Source of the DNA: Candidatus Poseidoniaceae archaeon | GTDB taxonomy: Archaea; Thermoplasmatota; Poseidoniia; Poseidoniales; Poseidoniaceae | Direction: 5' to 3' | NCBI GenBank assembly: GCA_965662895.1 | Contig: CBFIJH010000021.1 | Coordinates: 1 to 11,783 of the forward strand | DNA: 11,783 bases | Shown: in pieces, positions 1 to 6,699 of the stretch | Layout: each line of letters opens with the position of its first letter | Position numbering within the stretch: position 1 is the stretch's first letter | The notes under the pieces: model-generated | Told to the model about the DNA's origin: nothing | What the model saw: only the letters and a program-made list of their open reading frames with translations | Database searches by the model: none | Program-made: the position numbers and the translations under genes

Positions 1-586
1 CAGGCATTTGCTGCATAGGCATCTGTCCTGCCATCATTTGACCACCCATCATTTGTCCCTGTTGCATCATAACAGGATCTTGGGTCTTGAGGGTCAAAGC
101 GAGAATGAGTCCAATAAGGAGGATAACACCACCACAGATGGCAACCAAAATGCCACCTGCTGCTGCAAAGAATCCACCAACTGCCTCTCCAAGTTCCTCA
201 CCTGAGTCAGTGATGTAGATGGTATGGCTAGAGGTAAATGTGTACGTTCCGCCGTCATTGTTGAACCATCCCACGCTTCCAATGCTGTAGTAGCCTTCAA
301 CGCTATCATCTTCGTTAGGTTCGCTCCAGCTACAATCGTTGTAATATTTCTCTTCCCCATCGTACATAACGGAAACAGTAACATCTTCACATGCAACTGA
401 TTCGCTAACCCAGACCGAGAAACCCAGGCCAGAGTCAGCTGCACTAAATGAACCGCTCGTTCCAGAAGCAACATTTTCTTCTGTAGGGTCAAATGAGGCA
501 GCTGCTGCTCCTCCGACAATCATTACAATTCCTATGGCGGTTATTACTCCTCCAATGATTAACAATACTTTACCTGCTGTATGCAT
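1..586 (-). CDS. Hypothetical two-TM membrane protein with Cys-containing ectodomain and Gln/Met/Gly-rich tail (3' truncated by window edge); paralog of 648..1460
   Basis: Not in the ORF track. Manual translation from ATG at 586 is open to the window edge: MHTAGKVLLIIGGVITAIGIVMIVGGAAAASFDPTEENVASGTSGSFSAADSGLGFSVWVSESVACEDVTVSVMYDGEEKYYNDCSWSEPNEDDSVEGYYSIGSVGWFNNDGGTYTFTSSHTIYITDSGEELGEAVGGFFAAAGGILVAICGGVILLIGLILALTLKTQDPVMMQQGQMMGGQMMAGQMPMQQMP. It has two hydrophobic helices, a TATA-like GGTTATA 25-31 nt upstream, and colinear similarity to the neighbouring gene. Confidence 0.9.
   Translation of the reverse strand, partial: MHTAGKVLLIIGGVITAIGIVMIVGGAAAASFDPTEENVASGTSGSFSAADSGLGFSVWVSESVACEDVTVSVMYDGEEKYYNDCSWSEPNEDDSVEGYYSIGSVGWFNNDGGTYTFTSSHTIYITDSGEELGEAVGGFFAAAGGILVAICGGVILLIGLILALTLKTQDPVMMQQGQMMGGQMMAGQMPMQQMP
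2..70 (-). repeat. Degenerate 15-bp coding repeat giving GQMM-type units
   Basis: CCATCATTTG at 31-40 and 46-55 (15-bp period); the protein reads MMQQGQMMGGQMMAGQMPMQQMP. Confidence 0.6.
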
Positions 587-610
587 GGTTGTACAATAAT
601 TGACCCAATC

Positions 611-617
611 TATAACC
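611..617 (-). promoter_or_regulatory. Archaeal TATA-like box for the <1..586 gene
   Basis: Minus strand reads GGTTATA, 25-31 nt upstream of ATG 586. This spacing is typical of leaderless archaeal transcripts. Confidence 0.55.
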
Positions 618-647
618 ATGCCTCTATAGTTTGGGCCATTTTTTGAC

Positions 648-1460
648 TCAATCGATCTTTTCCTCGGTCTCCGGAGACAAATTCGTGGAGGGGAATTGAT
701 AGGGTTCTGCTTTCGTCATTTCTTCTGTGACAACGCTTGATGTTGTGACTTGTGCTATGGTTTGGTTGACACCGACACCTACCGCATTCGGAGGTGTTGA
801 TGCCATGGAGTACGAGCCATCAGGACCAACCATCATCGCAACTGGAGCATCATCTTTCAAGGTGAAGATGAGAATCACACCAACCAACATTACGATGATG
901 CCACAGCAAAGGGCTCCAGATCCACCAAGGAAGCCAATTGCAATCAGTCCAATATCTTCACCAATCTCTTCAATCAACACGTCATCGTACGTTACAGAGA
1001 CATTCTCATTGGATTCAAATGAGAAATCTCCTGCCATACAGCCAAAACATGCTCGACCAATCTTCACATATCCTTGATCTACACGGTCAAGATTTTTGTT
1101 GGGTTCATCTGCCTCGCAATTGTTGTAGACAACTTCAGTGTAAAACCCTCCAGCATGTTCATCGTCCCAATCCGCAACTTCTGGAATCTCAGTTACAGTG
1201 ACATTCGTAGTTTCACAAACATCCCAGATGCCATTCCTATCTTCGTCAAGGTATTTTCCTTTCACCCAGAAGGTGACGCCTAGGTCACCCAAACCATCAC
1301 TATCTTTGATGTAGATCGTCCCGTTATCGACGTCCTCAAGTGTAAATTCGACTGACTCCTCAATCCCAGCAACACCAAATCCGCCGATGACGAATCCAAC
1401 GATACCGACGATGAAGATACCAAGACCGACTAAGATTGTGACGAGAGCACGCTTGTCCAT
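648..1460 (-). CDS. Hypothetical two-TM membrane protein with acidic, Cys-containing ectodomain
   Basis: 270-aa ORF. N-terminal TM (ALVTILVGLGIFIVGIVGFVIGGF), acidic ectodomain with DSDGLGD, DEDRNGIWDVCE and CFGC, second hydrophobic segment (IGLIAIGFLGG...GVILIFTL), and a low-complexity tail. Confidence 0.9.
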   Translation of the reverse strand: MDKRALVTILVGLGIFIVGIVGFVIGGFGVAGIEESVEFTLEDVDNGTIYIKDSDGLGDLGVTFWVKGKYLDEDRNGIWDVCETTNVTVTEIPEVADWDDEHAGGFYTEVVYNNCEADEPNKNLDRVDQGYVKIGRACFGCMAGDFSFESNENVSVTYDDVLIEEIGEDIGLIAIGFLGGSGALCCGIIVMLVGVILIFTLKDDAPVAMMVGPDGSYSMASTPPNAVGVGVNQTIAQVTTSSVVTEEMTKAEPYQFPSTNLSPETEEKID

Positions 1461-1468
1461 GCCCTTGT

Positions 1469-1489
1469 CACAACTCAGTTGTGTTTAAG
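1469..1489 (-). promoter_or_regulatory. TATA-like box (CTTAAA, 1484-1489) with an adjacent perfect palindrome CACAACT-N-AGTTGTG (1469-1483); putative operator
   Basis: A 7-bp perfect inverted repeat with a 1-bp spacer lies directly between the TATA-like element (24-29 nt upstream) and ATG 1460. Confidence 0.5.
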
Positions 1490-1504
1490 CCTATGGAACT
1501 TGAT

Positions 1505-4237
1505 TCACTCGAACGCTTCGTCTTCCTTCTGGCCAGGCATTGCGAACTGCATGATGACGAGCGCAACGCCGCCAACGTACAGCAACAAGGCAACGAAGTC
1601 AAAGGCATTATCGAAGTTCAACCACCAGCCCACAAAGTCTTGATTCTGGACAATCGCACTTTCCATGTCTTCAGCGTCATCGTCTTCAATCTCAGACCCT
1701 TGGACAATCTGGAAGACTGGCTGGAGGTCTGTCGTTGCAGGAGTTGATGCGAGATCAAGTCCTGTGCGAGTATCGAGGTAGAAGGTTGACGTTGAGTCAC
1801 CAGCGATAATGAGTCCTGAAAGTTCCTCAGACTTCATGTTAATCTCGCTTCCAAAGTAGACAGGGAGTGCAGGCGTCATAGCGTCAAGCAGCGAATAACT
1901 CTTGACGAGTTTCGCAGTGATTGGACGGGTGGTTGGGTCAACAGAAGCTGAGCACTCATCGACAGGAATTCCCTTGACTTCACCTTCACCAGTGCATGTC
2001 ACGTCAGCGATGGCATAGCCGCCTGCGTTGACCTTGTCTCCATCTCCAGTGAGGAATCCTCCAGTTGTACCATCGAGTGTTTCGACAGTGATGAGACCGT
2101 AGGTTTCCATCATCATCTCAGTGTTGCGCCACGAGAGTTCGTTGGAACCGTCTTCAGTTACTGATTCTCCCTTCTCACAATCTGAGTTGTGACCGGTGCA
2201 TATGACGTAAACAGAGGCATTTCCTGTGGAGACACCATTGGATCCGTAGTAGGTTTCGTTGGTCTCCAACTTGGCCCATCCTGCGGATGGAGCGGTTGGG
2301 TCGTCTGCGACCATCATACTGACTGGGTCAAACCATCCGTACAACCAACTGTTGAGTGGCATGGTCATGTATGGCCCACTGCTACCGAAACTGTCAACGA
2401 GGAGTCCTGGAACGAAGTCATCATAGATGACGCTCATCATAAGTGTGCGCATTGCATTCGCTGCGTTTGCATCAACACCATAGAGAGCAGAAACAGTTGT
2501 TGCGTTCCATTCCATTGGAGTACCAGGTTGCATGGTTGCAATGTCGATCGGTGGCGTCATGCCGGTAAGTTCTCCATAAAGGAAGAGCGTTGCACCTGTT
2601 GCTGTTGTGAGCCCTAGGTCGCCATAGAGGATGTTTCCTGAGATTGCTGCATCAAGAGCAATCGAAGGTGCGCCTTCGGATGCAGGGATGAGAGCACTTC
2701 CCCAAGCACCGCCGAGATTGAGGCTGTTGTCAAGGTAACCACCGTTGACTGGATCCTCGTTTCCGAAGGTAACGTTGACGAATTGTTCCGCAGTAATCGT
2801 TCCTGTTCCACCTAGGAGCGCCATTGGCAGAGCAGAGGCGCTGGTCAACCAGTTGCCAGCCCATGTTGCAACAGCACCATATTGTGCTGGGCTAAGTCCG
2901 TACTCAGTCATTGCATCCTCAGCTTCCATTCCCATGAATGTTGCAAGGCCAAAGGACGTATCTGCTTCATTGGTAGCGAGAAGACCTGTTGGTTCATCTG
3001 TGCCTTGTCCTCCAAGGAGAAGACCCATGGCAACAGTGTTGTCAATATCAACACCAAGATAGTTCATGATTCGAGTTGAAGCATCAACTGCCATTGGATC
3101 GGTCAACCAGTCGTCATCAGATCCACCATGGATTTGGGAAAAGGTTCCAGCAACACCATAGCAAAGAGCGAAGTCCATTGCGATTGTAGCATTGATGTCG
3201 GTTGGGTTCAGGAATCCCCATACGCCAGCTCTCTGAAGAACTCCTGTTGTAAACGAAGGATTGTTAGCGAGGTCTGCTGAAACAGATGCGTAGTCATATC
3301 CAGACGTTGGCATTGCATCGCAATGACCTGCGAGGAGGAGAACGCCGTTCATGCTGGTCAAGGATGCATCTTCGCCAGTAACCCATGTTGCAGACTCCAT
3401 AGCGGCGGAGAAATCGCCCATCGAAGCGTTTCCGGTAAAGGTAACACCGGCAGTGTTTACACCTGCTACAGCCTCTTGAGCTTGCTTTCCTTGAATGGCT
3501 TGGGTGTATGTAATCATCTCCCCTTGGCCGCTCATGTTGTTCAATTCTGAACCATTGATGGATGCAAAATAAGCGTCATATGCGTCATACCATCCAGTCG
3601 CAATCATGGTGGAGGCTGTAGCAGCCTCAACCATTGCTCCATCAGTCATAGCACCAGCCTGAATACCTGCATAGGACAGAGCAAGATCGTCTGCGGTCTT
3701 CTTTGCAGCAGAGAAGGATTCCAATTCAATGGCCATGACACCTGCTACAAAGCCAGCCTTTGTGGCATCCATAACACCTTCAACAGCCAATCCGGTCGCA
3801 CCTACGACTTGAGGTTGGAAAGGAATGTTGAGTTGTGTAATTGGTGTGTTGCAGTCATTTTCTGAATCTGCAGCACAAGTGAATACCTTGGATTCGTTGT
3901 ACGTAAGCGTACCAGCAGTCTTGTTGAAATCAAGGATGTTACGAGTCGTTGTAATATCGTATTCAAACGGACCCAACTTTTCGTAAACCGGTTCTCCACC
4001 AGCCATGACTTCATCAGCGTTGGTCAAGTTCCAAGCGTAATAAGAACGCTCAGAAGTCGATGTTGCCCAGTCTTCTTCAGCAGTTGTACAGTCAGAATCA
4101 GCACAAGCCGTATCGTATGGATACGTCTCAAAGTTGTCGTCAACTGCGCCTTCTACCATTGATGTTGCGATCGGTGACAAGATTACCAAGTTCAATAGAA
4201 TCATGACTGCTCCTGCGATTAATTTTTGATTTCCCAT
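1505..4237 (-). CDS. CD36/SCARB (class B scavenger receptor)-like two-TM surface protein with large internal insertion
   Basis: ORF of 920 aa from 4267; the probable start is ATG 4237 ([15 protein letters not shown], 910 aa). Terminal TM helices flank a large ectodomain. Colinear CD36-family motifs: [109 protein letters not shown]. The CDS is certain; the family call rests on motif recognition. Confidence 0.8.
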   Translation of the reverse strand: [910 protein letters not shown]

Positions 4238-4240
4238 AGG

Positions 4241-4266
4241 TGTTCCCCAAGATACTTGGGGGAACA
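4241..4266. promoter_or_regulatory. Inverted repeat/hairpin immediately upstream of the CD36-like gene
   Basis: TGTTCCCCAAG-ATA-CTTGGGGGAACA: 11-bp stem with one bulged G and a 3-nt loop. It starts 4 nt from ATG 4237 and is followed by an AT-rich TATA-like stretch at 4267-4279 (minus strand GTTAAGTAGTAAA). Confidence 0.5.
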
Positions 4267-4280
4267 TTTACTACTTAACC

Positions 4281-4778
4281 TTAGGACCTGACATATCGAA
4301 TCGCAGTGCCGTATGCAGTGAATTCATACGCAGCGGTTTTATCTTCCCGACTGGACTTTTTCGTAATCATGGCGGTTTCAACACGCACGTTGATGATCTC
4401 ATCGTATCCTTGGTTCAGCGCTTGCACACGCATGTCGTGGAGGACCTTTCGGCGACCATACCCGAGCATCTTGTCGTAGGATTCAATTTTGCCACCAAAG
4501 AAATTCTTCCATCCACCCAGTAGCATTTGCCACCATGAAGGTCCAACAGAGATGCTTGACATGACAAGCATCGAGGTCTCGACATCTGCGCTTTGACTGG
4601 GTTTTGACAGATTGTTGATTGGATTACCAGCACCTGATGAATTGAGTGCTTTTTCTTCAGATGCGAGTCGATCGATGATTTTGCCTTGATGCCAATTCCC
4701 CAAGACCCAAGAACCGAGTGTTGGCATCACAGTGAAGAGTATCACCGGCAACAGGTAGAGAAGGATTAAAATCTCCAA
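4281..4778 (-). CDS. YbjQ/UPF0145-family protein with N-terminal transmembrane extension
   Basis: 165 aa, TTG start preceded by SD-like GAGGCGG overlapping the upstream stop codon. Motifs KNFFGGKIESYDKML, ALNQGYDEIINVRVET and EFTAYGTA match the YbjQ pattern. The N-terminus is hydrophobic. Confidence 0.85.
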   Translation of the reverse strand: MEILILLYLLPVILFTVMPTLGSWVLGNWHQGKIIDRLASEEKALNSSGAGNPINNLSKPSQSADVETSMLVMSSISVGPSWWQMLLGGWKNFFGGKIESYDKMLGYGRRKVLHDMRVQALNQGYDEIINVRVETAMITKKSSREDKTAAYEFTAYGTAIRYVRS

Positions 4779-4787
4779 ACGACCGCC

Positions 4788-5114
4788 TCATTGTACAGTT
4801 ACTGCAGTCCCGTAAGCGAACAATTCAGCAGCTCCACCGGAAACTGCAGATGTCGCAAATCGTACGTTGACGATGGCATTTGCACCCCGGGACTGAGCAT
4901 CCATCATCATGCGTTGTAAGGCTTCGTTTCGAGATTCTTGAAGCAATTCAGTGTAGGCTTTGAGTTCCCCTCCAACGAGGTTTTTCAATCCTGCACCAAA
5001 GTCCTTGAACGCGTTTTTTGCACGTACGGTTGAGCCTTGAACAAGCCCGTACGATGCTGTGATAAGTTTTCCAGGAATCGTTTCAGTATTTGACAGATGC
5101 ATGCCTTGTGACAT
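4788..5114 (-). CDS. YbjQ/UPF0145-family protein (putative heavy-metal-binding family)
   Basis: 108 aa with canonical motifs TETIPGK, GLVQGSTVRAK, AGLKNLVGGELKAYTELL, GANAIVNVRF and ELFAYGTAV. TATA-like TAATAAA 22-28 nt upstream (5136-5142). Confidence 0.93.
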   Translation of the reverse strand: MSQGMHLSNTETIPGKLITASYGLVQGSTVRAKNAFKDFGAGLKNLVGGELKAYTELLQESRNEALQRMMMDAQSRGANAIVNVRFATSAVSGGAAELFAYGTAVTVQ

Positions 5115-5156
5115 GATGGATGCTTGACGTTGAAGTTTATTAGCATTAAGCCGTCG

Positions 5157-6644
5157 TCAAATTAGTGGTTGGTTGCGCAACCACTCAAGATCGGATATGT
5201 ACAATTGACGGATGTCATCCAAGCCCAGCACCAACATAGCAAGTCGTTCCAAGCCCATTCCCCATGCGCAAACAGGCGAGGTTATGCCCAGTGGTTCAGT
5301 TACCTCTGGACGGAAAATTCCTGCGCCTCCAAGTTCAAGCCACTTCCCTTTCCACTTTACTTCAACTTCGAGACTTGGTTCAGTGTATGGGAAGTAGGCT
5401 GGGCGGACGCGGACTTCAGGATAGCCCATCTTTTCATAGAAGGTTTTCAAGGTGGTCACAAGCATCTGAAGGTTTGCGCCAGGTTCCATGATGATTCCTT
5501 CAATCTGGTGGAACTCAGGCAGGTGCGTACTATCAATCGCTTCCTTGCGAAACACACGATCGACCGAAAACACACGGCATGGTTTGTCAGGGTGCTGAGC
5601 AAGGTGCTGGATGGTGTTGACCGTCGTATGCGTTCGTAGAAGTCCACGCTTCGAAACATCCGCAGAAAACGAACCAGACCAACCGATTGATCCTGTTTCA
5701 CCCCCGTGCTCATGGATGTCTTTCCATTTCTGAATCAATTCTTCATCCAATTCCAAGGATTCGGGTTCATCAAGATAGAAGGTGTCTTGCATCTCTCGAG
5801 CGGGATGGTCCTGAGGGATAAACAAGGCATCCATGTTCCATCCTGCTGTTTGTACGTAATCGTCAACCAATTCTGAGAAACCCATTTCCAAAAAGATTCG
5901 ACGTATTCGCTCAATCAATTCTTGCATTGGATGAGAACGACCCGTACGAGGCGTTGTTGATTCCAAAGTGACATCGAACGAACGAAACTCTGCATCCTTC
6001 CACTCACCCGATTGAAGCAATTCAGGCGTGATTTCAGAGATTTGTTTTCGTTCTTCAAGACCATCGATTGACATGGTTTTTCCCGTATTCGTCAATGCCC
6101 ATGTACGGGTTTTATGCTCGACGAATTCAATCAGATTTTTGCGCCCTTTGAAGTGAGCAAGAAGTCGTTCAGACAAATCCTCCTCATCCGCAGGAAGTGA
6201 GGTAAGGAACATGGTTCGTGCTTGAAGTTCTGATTTAACAGCCGATGGATCCTCGCAAACAAATGTTCCAGCCTCAAGTTGTACGCCCAATTTCTTCAAC
6301 AATCCAACACCAGGACCTGCTTGATGACGTTCAAACTTGGCTTGCAACTTGGCCATCGTTGGCTCATCTTGCGATGAAATCCATAACCAAAGTCGAGATT
6401 CAAGGAGGCCATTTTCAATCGCATTATGGCCTTCCTGACCGGGATGAATCGTACGTCGAACGTGTTCGTTCATTTCGACCAGACCCTTGTCGCTCAAACC
6501 TTGGCCAGCACCAACAGCAACAGCTTGGTCGTTCCAGCCGCACGCATCCATGACCTGTTCAAGCGTGTGGATTGCTGTTGGCGCAGCAAGCATTGCTCGC
6601 AACATCCTACGTTCAGGATTTGTGAGTTCCACCTCACCGGTCAT
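5157..6644 (-). CDS. pheS: Phenylalanine--tRNA ligase alpha subunit (archaeal/eukaryal long form)
   Basis: 495 aa with an N-terminal extension. Catalytic motifs GRSHP, WNMDALFIPQDHPAREMQDTF, LLRTHTT, DRVFRKEAIDSTHLPEFHQIEG, PAYFPYTEPSLEVEV, WLELGGAGIFRPEV and AWGMGLERLAM. Confidence 0.98.
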   Translation of the reverse strand: MTGEVELTNPERRMLRAMLAAPTAIHTLEQVMDACGWNDQAVAVGAGQGLSDKGLVEMNEHVRRTIHPGQEGHNAIENGLLESRLWLWISSQDEPTMAKLQAKFERHQAGPGVGLLKKLGVQLEAGTFVCEDPSAVKSELQARTMFLTSLPADEEDLSERLLAHFKGRKNLIEFVEHKTRTWALTNTGKTMSIDGLEERKQISEITPELLQSGEWKDAEFRSFDVTLESTTPRTGRSHPMQELIERIRRIFLEMGFSELVDDYVQTAGWNMDALFIPQDHPAREMQDTFYLDEPESLELDEELIQKWKDIHEHGGETGSIGWSGSFSADVSKRGLLRTHTTVNTIQHLAQHPDKPCRVFSVDRVFRKEAIDSTHLPEFHQIEGIIMEPGANLQMLVTTLKTFYEKMGYPEVRVRPAYFPYTEPSLEVEVKWKGKWLELGGAGIFRPEVTEPLGITSPVCAWGMGLERLAMLVLGLDDIRQLYISDLEWLRNQPLI

Positions 6645-6699
6645 AATCTTGCCAATGCTCTCAAGGGTTTCAATTCACCGCTACATCAGCGAAGAAACA

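Noticed and set aside
94-519. 141-aa minus-strand ORF and 65-aa His-rich plus-strand ORF (8..205)
   Set aside because: Both are off-frame or antisense shadows of the real gene <1..586. The His-richness is just the reverse complement of its ATG-rich Met/Gln repeat.
639-644. T6 run as a terminator
   Set aside because: It is on the plus strand while both flanking genes are on the minus strand, where it reads as an A-run.
642-653. 12-bp exact repeat TTTGACTCAATC, also at 11727-11738
   Set aside because: Several 12-mer matches are expected by chance in a window of this size. There is no mobile-element context to make these att sites or target duplications.
5157-6644. pheS without adjacent pheT
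   Set aside because: Separation of pheS and pheT is not unusual in archaeal genomes.
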